Translations under genes and position numbers: made by a program
Notes under the pieces: model-generated
The model's input: only the letters and a program-made list of their open reading frames with translations
What the model was told of the DNA's origin: nothing
The model's database searches: none
Virus record (IMG/VR): IMGVR_UViG_3300028283_000001
Direction: 5' to 3' (one strand)
DNA: 64,000 bases
Origin: an uncultured virus (IMG/VR IMGVR_UViG_3300028283_000001)
Taxonomy: Duplodnaviria; Heunggongvirae; Uroviricota; Caudoviricetes
Part shown: one piece after another, positions 1-9,336 of the stretch
Position numbering within the stretch: the stretch's first letter is position 1
Layout: the number at the start of each line of letters is the position of its first letter

Positions 1-261
1 GGTTTCAATGATCATCATGCCAAAGTACAAGCGAAAGCAAAAAGTCCCACCCGCTTTTTCAAAGAAAGCTCTGGAACTGGCGATCAGACAAGCTGTCTGG
101 ATGCGATATGGGAAGCTGGTGAAAAATGGGAGGATCAAGGAGACTGGAAATGGGGAACATGAACGAACGAATAATCATCGCTGATAACCCTGGGATTTTG
201 ACAAGGATCATTTTCCGCTTCATCAATCTTATAAAGGACTGGCTGATCACAAGGAAGCTCA

Positions 262-453
262 ATGGTTAAGAAACTTTTCTACAATGAAAAAGAAGAAATC
301 TGCAATATGTCAAAGGTAGGAATTTCTCAGAAAGAGATTGCAGAAAAGTTTGGGGTTTCTCAGTCCTCTGTTTGCAGAATAGCAACAGAGAATAACATTT
401 ATAGATTGTACTCTAAACGATACTACCAAAAGAAACGAAAGGGGTTGATATGA
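262..453 (+). CDS. Small helix-turn-helix DNA-binding protein
   Basis: SQKEIAEKFGVSQSSVCRIA is a classic HTH motif; 63 aa. Confidence 0.75.
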   Translation: MVKKLFYNEKEEICNMSKVGISQKEIAEKFGVSQSSVCRIATENNIYRLYSKRYYQKKRKGLI

Positions 454-1082
454 GAACGCGACTATTGTTTTTACTTTTACTTGTTGCTTTGTTGGCTTTG
501 TTTTGCAATGTCAAGTTTGGTCACGCTGATTGTACTTTTGGCTGCTTGTTTCAGCCGGGGACTAAATGCGTCGACAATAACTGCGTTTCCGTTGATGCGA
601 TTCCAGCACCTACTCCAACACCCGCTCCTGCACCAGCAGTGAACCCATCAGCAATCAAGATTGATTCTAAACCGCAGGTTGAGATAGTCGCCGTAAAAAT
701 AGATTGTTCCAAAATGGATTTAGGCAAACTCCAGGTCTATCTTGCACGGCGCGTTCCTGCGCCAATGGCATCGTATTATTCAAGTATCTTTTATTTCTAT
801 AACGATATGCAAGGCGCTTCTAAGGTTGATTATTGGTTTGCAAGAAAGGATCTTTTAAATCGTTACTCGTTTCTCTATACCGATACAACTAAAGAAGTCT
901 TGAGGCCACAGTCACAAGGCGCTGATTTTGTTTTTAACGTCTGGGAGAATCCGGCATTCAACGAGTTTATCAAGTCAAAAACTTGTGAGGAACTGAAGGT
1001 GTCCGGATTATTCTTCAGTTATGGCATTTCTATCAAAGGGGATTGCTCTGATTATGAAGGTGCAATTTTTTACTTTCAATAA
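450..1082 (+). CDS. Hypothetical exported/membrane-anchored protein
   Basis: Hydrophobic N-terminal signal, Cys-rich stretch, Pro/Ala linker (PAPTPTPAPAPA); ATGA overlap with upstream gene. Confidence 0.6.
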   Translation: MRTRLLFLLLLVALLALFCNVKFGHADCTFGCLFQPGTKCVDNNCVSVDAIPAPTPTPAPAPAVNPSAIKIDSKPQVEIVAVKIDCSKMDLGKLQVYLARRVPAPMASYYSSIFYFYNDMQGASKVDYWFARKDLLNRYSFLYTDTTKEVLRPQSQGADFVFNVWENPAFNEFIKSKTCEELKVSGLFFSYGISIKGDCSDYEGAIFYFQ

Positions 1083-1097
1083 CATGGAGAACCGCAA

Positions 1098-3128
1098 ATG
1101 ATATTGGCTGCATGGTTTTCATCCGCCGGGGTACCCGCAACGGGCCTGTCCCCGACTATTATTGTTCGGGACTTATCTGATGGTTCTTTGGCTGTAAACG
1201 GTTCCGCAATGACCGAAACCGGAAGTGGTTTTTACAAATATTCATTCGCCGGGTATGACCCTACAAAGGACTACGTTATTATTTGTGATGGAGGGGCAGG
1301 CCAGCCGGTTGGAGAACGCTATACCACTGCTTCTACGATCAACGCCGGAGACACTGCACAAATTAAAACAAAGACGGATGGCTTGAATTTTACTGGCAAT
1401 TATGTGCAATCGCAAGTAAAGGGTTTTGATGATATTGATTTTAGCACTTCACAAAAGACCAGCCTTAATGCGGCCACCCCGGCCAGCGTGCAGAATATTC
1501 CAGCCACTGGATCAGGATTCACGGCTTTGGGGGATACTCGGCTTGCAAATCTTGATGCCGCCATCAGCACCCGGACCAAACCTGCTGATACGCAGGCACG
1601 AGTTACCTTGGTTGACACAACAACGGTAAACTCTGATATGCGAGGCACCGATAGTGCGGCTTTGGCTTCAGTCTGCACTGAAACAAGACTGGCGGAATTA
1701 GATGCTGGGAATCTTCCAACTGATATCGCCGCACTCCCAACCGATGCAGACGTTAATGCAGCTTGTGATAGTGCCATAGCTGATGCGGCGATTCCTGCAG
1801 CCCTGGCCACTGCACATGGGGCTGGTTCTTGGTTGACTGCCACTGGCTTCAGCACCCATTCGGCGGCGGATGTTTGGGCTGTCAGCGTTCGGACCCTTTC
1901 CACTTTTGGCTCTTTGGTTGCAGATATTGCTACAGCGGTATGGGGGGCGTCAGTTCGGACCCTTTCTGCCTTTGGATTTGCTTTGGGGTTTGCTACACCT
2001 ACTGATGTAACGGGTTCACAGGCTGCGGTTGAATCTGCAATATCAGGGTTGAAGGATTTTGACCCGGCAGTGGATGTGGTGGCCCGTGTTACTTTGGTTG
2101 ATACGGTGACGGCCAATTCTGATATGCGGGGAACGGATAGCGCAGCATTGGCTTCAGTATGTACAGAAGGGCGATTGGCGCACCTTGATGCGGATATCAG
2201 CTCCAGGACAAAGCCAGCGGACACTCAGGCTGCAGTAACCACTGTAACAAACTTGACTAATGCCCCGACCGTAGGGGACTTCACCAGCACGATGAAAGGA
2301 AGCATCACCTCCGCAGTGCCCAGCGTATTGGACATTCAGAGCGGGATGGCAATTCCAACTACGCTTCAAATTCGTACAGACCTGGATGCGAACAGTTCTA
2401 AATTGGCGCACTTGGATGCCAATGTCAGCAGCCGTTCTTCTCATTCGGTCGCAGATATTTGGCAGTACAGCACCCGGACCCTTACTGCTATCGGGGCCGC
2501 TTCGGCTGATATTGCTGCGGCAGTATGGGGCTATGTGGCAAGAACAATTACTTCTTTTGGATTTAACTTGGGGTTTGCTACTCCGGCCAATGTGACCACT
2601 GCGCAGAACCATATTGAATCTGTAATTGGGGGTGAGATTGCCGCTCTAAATGATTTTGATCCGTTGCATGATACCGTAGCGCGGGTTACGCTGGCTGATT
2701 CGGTGGGGAATATTGAAAATATTACTGTGCCAGAATCTTTTGCCACTGATATTGCGGAGGCGGTTTGGAATGGAACAGATCGCAGTCTTACGGAGTTTGG
2801 CTTCGTCACTGGGCTTGCTACTTCTGCAGAATTGGAAGCAGCGAAAACTCATATTGAATCCGCAGCGGATGCCACTTTGCAATCCTTATTAAATGGTACC
2901 GGGGCGATTGCTTGGACATATGTTTTAACTCAAGCAGGGGATGGGCTCCCTATTGCGGATGCGGAGATTTGGATTACAACTGATTCCAGTGGACTTAACA
3001 TCATCGCCTCTGGACGGACCGATAATTATGGGGAAGTGGATTTTATGGTGGATGCGGGCACTTTGTATGTATGGCGGAAGAAGGCGGGCTACAACTTTAT
3101 AAATCCTGATATTGAGGTGGTATCATGA
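1098..3128 (+). CDS. Ala/Thr/Ser-rich repetitive virion protein (head decoration or neck fibre candidate)
   Basis: 676 aa; duplicated block ARVTLVDT..NSDMRGTDSAALASVCTE.RLA and about 5 A.(A/D)VW....R(T/S)L repeats; GGAG RBS; directly upstream of head-tail adaptor. Confidence 0.6.
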   Translation: MILAAWFSSAGVPATGLSPTIIVRDLSDGSLAVNGSAMTETGSGFYKYSFAGYDPTKDYVIICDGGAGQPVGERYTTASTINAGDTAQIKTKTDGLNFTGNYVQSQVKGFDDIDFSTSQKTSLNAATPASVQNIPATGSGFTALGDTRLANLDAAISTRTKPADTQARVTLVDTTTVNSDMRGTDSAALASVCTETRLAELDAGNLPTDIAALPTDADVNAACDSAIADAAIPAALATAHGAGSWLTATGFSTHSAADVWAVSVRTLSTFGSLVADIATAVWGASVRTLSAFGFALGFATPTDVTGSQAAVESAISGLKDFDPAVDVVARVTLVDTVTANSDMRGTDSAALASVCTEGRLAHLDADISSRTKPADTQAAVTTVTNLTNAPTVGDFTSTMKGSITSAVPSVLDIQSGMAIPTTLQIRTDLDANSSKLAHLDANVSSRSSHSVADIWQYSTRTLTAIGAASADIAAAVWGYVARTITSFGFNLGFATPANVTTAQNHIESVIGGEIAALNDFDPLHDTVARVTLADSVGNIENITVPESFATDIAEAVWNGTDRSLTEFGFVTGLATSAELEAAKTHIESAADATLQSLLNGTGAIAWTYVLTQAGDGLPIADAEIWITTDSSGLNIIASGRTDNYGEVDFMVDAGTLYVWRKKAGYNFINPDIEVVS

Positions 3129-3568
3129 GTGGAGCAGGCACCGGAACACCGGCAGTCATAGAAGGGGTAAGGGAAGACTACACAACCCCCCCAACCTACA
3201 ATGAGTTTGTGATTTTATATCCAGCCTTTAACACTTTGGCTTCATTGATCGTGGAGAACGCTCTTACGGCTTCGGCCCGGTTACTGGATTTTACCGCTTG
3301 GGGCGATTTTTACTTTGACGCCGTAGGGTTGGATGTGGCACATCAGCTAACTTTAGCGTCACAGGCAGCCACGTCGCTGCTGGCGGGTTTCCAGGGGGCG
3401 GCTGGCCCGGTTACCTCCGTTTCCGCTGCGGGGGTTTCCACGGGCTTCTCAGGACCCGATGTGGCTTCCGGGAGCAAGGCAGACAGCTGGTATTCCAAAA
3501 CGGTTTATGGGCAACAGTTTTTACGCCTCCGGGATAATGTTCTTTCTTTGGGGGTGATGACATGTTGA
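3125..3568 (+). CDS. Head-tail adaptor (DUF4054-like)
   Basis: F..YPAF near N-terminus, 'VAHQL', 'VTSVSAAGVS', C-terminal 'WYSKTVYGQQFLRLR', all typical of this adaptor family. Confidence 0.75.
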   Translation: MSGAGTGTPAVIEGVREDYTTPPTYNEFVILYPAFNTLASLIVENALTASARLLDFTAWGDFYFDAVGLDVAHQLTLASQAATSLLAGFQGAAGPVTSVSAAGVSTGFSGPDVASGSKADSWYSKTVYGQQFLRLRDNVLSLGVMTC

Positions 3569-4563
3569 ATATTGCCATTACCGTGCCGAGCCTCAGTGTA
3601 CCGCATGGCGGAATACGGGTGATTGTGGAATGGGCCAACCGTTTGGTTCGTAATAATGCTGTAACTCTATTTTGCCGAAAGGGCAGCGCGGTACCATCTT
3701 GGATCGATATTCAACCTGCAGTGCGGCTGGTGGATAATATTAGAGACCTGAAGAATTGCGATACTTTGATCACCTGCTCTCCCCATGATATTGATTTGCG
3801 ATGGTCGGTGCACGCCCCTCAGCGGAAGTTTCTGTTTTTGCAGATGCTGGAACACCTATTCCGCCCTACGGATATGCCGTGGCTGGAATTGTGCAATAAA
3901 TGTTATGGAAGTGATTTGCCAACTTTTTTTATTAGTCAGTGGAATATCCAGTATGTAAAAAATATGTTTCCCGCACGCAGGGGGGCAATTCATTACGTAG
4001 GCAATGGCGTAAACTTTGATGACTTTCCATTGGAACCAGACTGTAAGAAAGATGGCAAGACCGTATTGGTGGAAGGGTGGGAATCCATTAATCCTACAAA
4101 GGATCCTGATGCTATTGGTCCTACAGCCGCACAATTGCTCCGGGAAGATGGGTGCCGGGTTTTGGCTTATGGACAATTACCGTTAAACAGATTTCCGGAT
4201 ACCCCGAATGAGTATTATATGCGGCCGTCTTTGTCTCGGTTGAATGATTTATATAGGCGGGCTTCTGTACTCATAAAGGCTTCTCGATATGATGCGCGGG
4301 CTTGCGCCCCTATGGAAGCAATGACAAAGGGTTGCGTCACTGTTCGGGCGCTGCACAAAGGGGATGATGATCTTGTGAATGATGTCAATAGTGTTAGGAT
4401 CCCCTACGGCAATGAAATTAACTTGTACTTGGCCGTGAAGGAATTATTGCAGGAACAAGAAACCCTGGACCGACTGCGGGAAAATTGCTTGCAGTATGTG
4501 CGGGAATTTTCGTGGGATTACTGGATGCCGCAAATTGAAAAGGTTTTAACTGATGCCCAATAA
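3562..4563 (+). CDS. Glycosyltransferase, GT-B fold (GT4-like)
   Basis: HGGIRVIVEWANRL N-terminal motif, GNGVNFDDF, LYRRASV..KASRYD...PMEAMTKGC, C-terminal FSWD. Confidence 0.85.
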   Translation: MLNIAITVPSLSVPHGGIRVIVEWANRLVRNNAVTLFCRKGSAVPSWIDIQPAVRLVDNIRDLKNCDTLITCSPHDIDLRWSVHAPQRKFLFLQMLEHLFRPTDMPWLELCNKCYGSDLPTFFISQWNIQYVKNMFPARRGAIHYVGNGVNFDDFPLEPDCKKDGKTVLVEGWESINPTKDPDAIGPTAAQLLREDGCRVLAYGQLPLNRFPDTPNEYYMRPSLSRLNDLYRRASVLIKASRYDARACAPMEAMTKGCVTVRALHKGDDDLVNDVNSVRIPYGNEINLYLAVKELLQEQETLDRLRENCLQYVREFSWDYWMPQIEKVLTDAQ

Positions 4564-5218
4564 ATGTTCGGTTATATCTGTGATTTATAAAGAATTGGAA
4601 TGGGCAGATACGGAACGGTGCCTGGAGAAGCTGCCAAAAAGATATCCGATTCATTTTGTTGATCGGCGTGGGGTTGGGTCTTTGGCAAAGGCACTAAATT
4701 CCGGATTTAACGCTTGGGCCAATGGGGCAGAGTATGTTTGGTTTGTTACCAATGTTTTGTTTTCCAAACAATGCCTCGATAAATTGGTGCAGCAGATGGA
4801 GCAGACTGGCTACGCCGCTATTTCCCCGGCATTCCAAAGTGATCATCGTTTTTGCCGACCAATTGAAGGTTGCATAGAAACTCGGGAAGCCCCTTTTCTT
4901 GAATTTACTGCGCCGATAGTGCGGGCCGAGGTATTTAAGCAGTTTCCCTTGGATGAGAATATGCCCTACTGGGGGCATGATTTGGATTGGGGGTATAGGG
5001 TGCGGAAGGCTGGGCACAAGTTGGGGGTGTACTACGGGGAGCAGCTTGGTCATGTTTACATTCGCTATGCCTCCACACAAAACAATGATCGGATTACTGC
5101 CCGGCGCTATGAACTGCGGAGAAAGACAAATCAGATGACCCGGATTGCATTGATTGCAAAATACGGAGCAGCGTGGAAGCGGGAACTGATGCAAAAAGAA
5201 AATGAGCATGGGTGCTGA
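4553..5218 (+). CDS. Glycosyltransferase, GT-A fold (GT2-like)
   Basis: SLAKALNSG, LDENMPYWGHDLDWGYRVRKAGHKL, resembling the GT2 'DE.F..Y.ED.D...R....G' motif. Confidence 0.75.
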   Translation: MPNKCSVISVIYKELEWADTERCLEKLPKRYPIHFVDRRGVGSLAKALNSGFNAWANGAEYVWFVTNVLFSKQCLDKLVQQMEQTGYAAISPAFQSDHRFCRPIEGCIETREAPFLEFTAPIVRAEVFKQFPLDENMPYWGHDLDWGYRVRKAGHKLGVYYGEQLGHVYIRYASTQNNDRITARRYELRRKTNQMTRIALIAKYGAAWKRELMQKENEHGC

Positions 5219-5849
5219 TATGAACGCCACGAAAATGAAAGCTATTTATGATGAACTGGTTTTTTGGCAGGAGTTCGTTCAGTGGAATCGTTTTTTAAAG
5301 GGTTGGGTTGGCCGACAAAAAACTCCTGAACTGAATCAGTTTGTGGCGGATTTTATAGTAGGGCAACCACATCATCGAATAATGGATGTGGGATCCGGGG
5401 TGGTTTCAATTTTTCATGGATTAGTTCCAGACGCTACTTTACTCGCTGTGGATCCATTAGGGGATATGTACCGATTGGTTTTTGATTATGATGCTTACGA
5501 TTTAATCCCCCCTATGGCACTATCAGGGGAGGAATTAAAATCTAAAAATGAATTTGACATTGTTCACATGCGTAATGCCATTGACCATACGGACGAGCCG
5601 GGGCTTGTTTATGATAATTTGCTGAATGCGGTGCGGTCGGGGGGGTATCTGATCATCCAGGGCTTTGAACATGAAGGTACTGCAGAACACTACTCAGGGT
5701 TGCATCAATGGGATTGTTACTTGTTGGGGGATGAATTTTGGATTGAAGGCCGGGGCAGAAAAATGCTATTGGGCAAATCCAGTTGCATTGCTAAACGAAT
5801 AAAAACAGAACAGGGGCGGGACTGGTTCATATGGATTGTGCAAAAGTGA
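5202..5849 (+). CDS. Class I SAM-dependent methyltransferase
   Basis: IMDVGSG motif I, AVDPL, FDIVHMRNAIDHTDEP, VRSGGYLII. Confidence 0.85.
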   Translation: MSMGADMNATKMKAIYDELVFWQEFVQWNRFLKGWVGRQKTPELNQFVADFIVGQPHHRIMDVGSGVVSIFHGLVPDATLLAVDPLGDMYRLVFDYDAYDLIPPMALSGEELKSKNEFDIVHMRNAIDHTDEPGLVYDNLLNAVRSGGYLIIQGFEHEGTAEHYSGLHQWDCYLLGDEFWIEGRGRKMLLGKSSCIAKRIKTEQGRDWFIWIVQK

Positions 5850-6565
5850 AAATCGTAGTGGGCACGGAAATTTATTTTTCCGATCAGTTTTCTAATCTTT
5901 GGCTGCGGGCCGCAAAGGTGAATCTGCCGCCTGATGTAGAGGTTGTTGTATTTGACAATAACTTGGAAGACCGTGGGGAGTCCCTTGCAGTTCAGTACAA
6001 ATGTTTGCAACAAGGGTGTAAATATGTTCGGCTACTTCCTAACTGTCATCAGAATCACGCCGTGGAATTGCTCCGGATTCACGCCTTAAATGTAGGAGCA
6101 GAAGCCTATTTTCATTTGGATATTGATTGTCCGCCATTGAAAGGTCTTTATGAAACGATGATAGCCCATTTACAACCTGATGTAGCAATTGTGACAGAAA
6201 AAGCTGGAGCGCATTGTTTTATTGCCCGCACAATGGCAACTGTGGACATGACTTGCCAGCGAATCCCATTCCGAGAAGGGGAGCAGCGGACCATCTTTTC
6301 TGACTGCGCGGTGGAAACCAATAAGAAGGGCTTACGGTTCTTTGATCATTGCCGGTGGATGTTTCATGAGATGACTTTACGGGGTGGGTATGTTAAGGTT
6401 GTAGATCATGATTTTGTTCACGCTACTATCGCCTCATTGAAAGAACCAAAGTCACATAGGCTAATGGAAGCCGTAAAGTTTCCATCCCTGTTGACGCATG
6501 TTGCTAATGTGCATGATTCCTTTTGGGGCAATGCAGAAATAAAGGAACTGCTATGCCAAAAGTGA
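5831..6565 (+). CDS. Putative glycosyltransferase (GT-A-like)
   Basis: VVVFDNN and a DxD motif (FHLDIDC); embedded in the glycosyltransferase cluster. Confidence 0.55.
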   Translation: MDCAKVKIVVGTEIYFSDQFSNLWLRAAKVNLPPDVEVVVFDNNLEDRGESLAVQYKCLQQGCKYVRLLPNCHQNHAVELLRIHALNVGAEAYFHLDIDCPPLKGLYETMIAHLQPDVAIVTEKAGAHCFIARTMATVDMTCQRIPFREGEQRTIFSDCAVETNKKGLRFFDHCRWMFHEMTLRGGYVKVVDHDFVHATIASLKEPKSHRLMEAVKFPSLLTHVANVHDSFWGNAEIKELLCQK

Positions 6566-6978
6566 TTTTGATTGATTGCGATGGAGTGTTGACTGACGGT
6601 CGATTAACTATTGACCACCGGGGAGAGAAGCCTTTTAAGCAATTCCACACTCGGGATGTTCGGGCAATCCGGGAGCTTATTTACAACGGGTATGAAGTGG
6701 TGATTGTTTCCGCAGATGATTGGCCCGGTATTTATCATTTTGCAAAGAAGGTGGGGGCGGACGTTTGTATATCCAGAAATAAAGGGGTTTTGCCATATCG
6801 GGATTATATTGCCGTGGGGGACGACTCGTGGGATGTGGAGATGCTCCGCAATGCCCTTCGAGCTTTTTGCCCCAGCGATGCCGATTTTTCAGCCCTGGCA
6901 GTCCCTGGTATTCAACGGCTTGAGGAAGAAGGTGGCAACGGAGTTATTGCCGCCCTGGCAAGGGAGCTGCTACGATGA
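6553..6978 (+). CDS. KdsC/YrbI-like HAD phosphatase
   Basis: ILIDCDGVLTDG motif I, KQFHTRD, AVGDDSWD motif IV, AFCPSDA, GGNGVI; start placed at ATG 6553. Confidence 0.85.
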   Translation: MPKVILIDCDGVLTDGRLTIDHRGEKPFKQFHTRDVRAIRELIYNGYEVVIVSADDWPGIYHFAKKVGADVCISRNKGVLPYRDYIAVGDDSWDVEMLRNALRAFCPSDADFSALAVPGIQRLEEEGGNGVIAALARELLR

Positions 6979-7712
6979 CTTTAGACATTGTGTATCCATT
7001 GACACATCTGAGCAAGCATAGGGATGATTGGGAATTACGGTATTCTCTCCGCTCTCTGCAGCAGCAACCCTGGGTGGGGCAACTATATTTGGTGGGGCAT
7101 TGTCCTGGATGGGTTCATAATGCTATTCATGTTCCGTGTTCAGATCCTTATGCCGGCTGTAAAGATGCTAACATTATCAATAAAATTTTATTGATTTGCA
7201 ACTTGCCTGGGCTCAGTCAAGAGTTTGTTGTGAATAGTGATGATCAGTACTTTTTGCAATCTGTGCCGGAAGAAGAATTGCAGCCGGTATTGGAAAGCCC
7301 AAACAGATTGGCCGAATATAAAATGAAGTCCGGAATAAACACTTGGCATCGCCGGGTGGTGGATTCTGTTAAATGGTGCGTGGCCAGGAAGTTGCCAGAT
7401 TGGTTATTCCAAAGCCATGTTCCGTACATAGTTGATAAGGTGCAGTATCCAATGGCCATGAGTAAGGTTCCATGGGGAAATGGCAACGGCTTTACCACGC
7501 ATATTTATTTCAATTTAACGGCTACAAAGGAACCTGAAAAGGAATCTCGTGGGAGAACTTTGCGGGTAAAGATTCGAATTAATGAAGCGGAGCTGCGAAA
7601 GCAAACCGTTGGGGCGTTATTTTTTAACCACAACGATAATGGGCTTCAGCCTTGTGTTAAGAATTTTTTAGAGGAACGATTTCCAACACCATCCAGGTGG
7701 GAAAAAACATGA
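6975..7712 (+). CDS. Stealth-family-like sugar-1-phosphate transferase
   Basis: CR1-like LDIVYP; CR2-like ELRYSLRSL..PWVGQLYLVG..PGW and LPGLSQEFVVNSDDQYF; CR3-like HVP; CR4-like FFNHND. Confidence 0.75.
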   Translation: MTLDIVYPLTHLSKHRDDWELRYSLRSLQQQPWVGQLYLVGHCPGWVHNAIHVPCSDPYAGCKDANIINKILLICNLPGLSQEFVVNSDDQYFLQSVPEEELQPVLESPNRLAEYKMKSGINTWHRRVVDSVKWCVARKLPDWLFQSHVPYIVDKVQYPMAMSKVPWGNGNGFTTHIYFNLTATKEPEKESRGRTLRVKIRINEAELRKQTVGALFFNHNDNGLQPCVKNFLEERFPTPSRWEKT

Positions 7713-8188
7713 CGGCGACTGTATTTCATACTCAGCCAAAAGCATTGCGAAAAGTCTATCAGGATCTTTCCGGCGCTTGTGATAAAGTGGTGGCGGTGGG
7801 TTTTCCGGCTGAAAAGCAGAATGCATATCCGGATGGTACCCCGGTTGCTTCGGTGGCAGCGGTTCAAGTTTTCGGTGCTCCATCACAGGGGATTCCTTCC
7901 AGGGATTTTATGGCTGCTGCTAGATCAGATATAATGCGGCATCAGCATGAGGTGGCAGAAAAGGCGAATAGTCGAAGTCTGTCTGCTGCACAAATAGAAG
8001 CCCTACTGAATGCTTTGGGCAGGAAAGCGCAGGATGATATTAAGAAAGGGATCAAGGACACTAATGACCCCCCGTTGTCAGAACGAACCTTGGCATCTAG
8101 GAAGGCAAAGGGAAACATGGATCCGAAACCTTTAATTGACACGCATCACATGATTGATTCTGTCAGCTATATCGTGAGGAGGAAATAA
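7709..8188 (+). CDS. Neck/tail completion protein
   Basis: VGFP...YPDG..VA.VA....FG....IPSRDFM and PPLSERT...K....KPLIDT motifs; neck module position. Confidence 0.75.
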   Translation: MTATVFHTQPKALRKVYQDLSGACDKVVAVGFPAEKQNAYPDGTPVASVAAVQVFGAPSQGIPSRDFMAAARSDIMRHQHEVAEKANSRSLSAAQIEALLNALGRKAQDDIKKGIKDTNDPPLSERTLASRKAKGNMDPKPLIDTHHMIDSVSYIVRRK

Positions 8189-8195
8189 TGGGACT

Positions 8196-8277
8196 CAAAG
8201 CCTTTAAACATGAAAGATAAACGACGCAGGCAGACTGCTGCGACGTGCTTGGCCTTCGGCCCGTATAACCCCTTACC
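8196..8277 (+). repeat. Dispersed repeat element, copy A (82 bp)
   Basis: Identical to 23684-23765 apart from 2 mismatches; hairpin core ACGACGCAGGCAGACTGCTGCGACGT followed by TATAACCCCTTACC. Confidence 0.95.
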
Positions 8278-8313
8278 TTTAACCTTTTCGACGCTTGTAG
8301 CGGGGTTTAGAAG

Positions 8314-8730
8314 ATGTATCCGATAAGTTTCGCTTTGAAGTTGGCAATATCCTTTTTTTACATTCCTGTGGTGGTTTATGATACAGGCTATGTAACGGAT
8401 CCGGAAACTGGGGTGGATATCCGCACTATTATTGCCACCCGAGTAATACAGGCCGGAGTGGATCCATCCAGGAGCAAAGACTTGGAGCGGATTTTTGGGG
8501 GTAGTATAGGGGACGGGGATATTGGCGTTTACTGTGATACGGCCACCTTGTACATAGATGACGCATACAATCAAGGGGGCACTCGGCGACAGTCCTTTAT
8601 TTTGTATCAAGGGAATATGTTTCGGGCGATGCAAGATGCTGATTGGACCCCCCAGGCTGATGTTCGAGTTTATTTGGCAAAGCGGCATCTGGATCAGGAT
8701 GGGTTATTTGATGAGGAGGAAAGCGGATGA
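8314..8730 (+). CDS. Probable head-closure protein
   Basis: 138 aa, beta-rich, between neck and tail-terminator genes; assignment mainly by synteny. Confidence 0.55.
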   Translation: MYPISFALKLAISFFYIPVVVYDTGYVTDPETGVDIRTIIATRVIQAGVDPSRSKDLERIFGGSIGDGDIGVYCDTATLYIDDAYNQGGTRRQSFILYQGNMFRAMQDADWTPQADVRVYLAKRHLDQDGLFDEEESG

Positions 8731-9323
8731 CAACGATTAGACATACCACCCTGGAAGAGCTTTATGAGGCTTACGGGGCACTGATTCTCCGCTCTACCGG
8801 ACGTCCCTGGACTCGAAAGAAGGGCATTCAGGCAAGACCAAAGAAGCCCTATGCCACTTTGCATATTCAGCAGGTGGAAACTTTTGAGAAGACCATTGTA
8901 GAAAACGTGGAATTGTTTCCATTCGGGGTCAATGGAGAAATCTTTGAGCAACTACCCTGGAACACGTCCCTTTTAAATATGGAGGTGGCATTTTATAGTG
9001 ACAGGGCTGGGGACACGGTGGAGATAGCAGCCTCAAGATTTCGTTCCGCATTGGCGCTTGAGGCTCGATACTGGGATTTGTGGTTGTTGTCGGCTTTGGC
9101 TGGGCGGATTCAGGCTATTGATCTTTCCTTAATCTTCCGGGAAGACGTGGAGCCAAGAATTGAATTGCGTTTTCAGATCATGGCCAATATAGTGGAGCAA
9201 GCCCCATTGGCAGATTACGAAATTTATGAAATCAAACAACAGCAGATTGACATTACGCATGTTGGGATTGATACTGTAGAAACAGAAATACAAGTGGTAG
9301 TTAATGATAACGAATCATCATAG
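8727..9323 (+). CDS. Probable tail terminator/neck protein
   Basis: RPKKPYATL motif; immediately upstream of the sheath gene. Confidence 0.6.
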   Translation: MTTIRHTTLEELYEAYGALILRSTGRPWTRKKGIQARPKKPYATLHIQQVETFEKTIVENVELFPFGVNGEIFEQLPWNTSLLNMEVAFYSDRAGDTVEIAASRFRSALALEARYWDLWLLSALAGRIQAIDLSLIFREDVEPRIELRFQIMANIVEQAPLADYEIYEIKQQQIDITHVGIDTVETEIQVVVNDNESS

Positions 9324-9336
9324 GAGGAAATAAACA

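Noticed and set aside
1..162. 3' end of an upstream gene (possibly capsid-related)
   Set aside because: The fragment is too short and has no recognisable motif.
1400..2224. Long minus-strand ORFs (also 10093-10902, 24799-25686, 44317-45321, 59185-59979)
   Set aside because: They are antisense shadows of well-supported + strand genes, with no recognisable motifs.
8210..8326. Small peptide MKDKRRRQTAA... encoded by the dispersed repeat
   Set aside because: No clear RBS, and the divergent copy does not keep the frame or peptide; conservation looks nucleotide-level.
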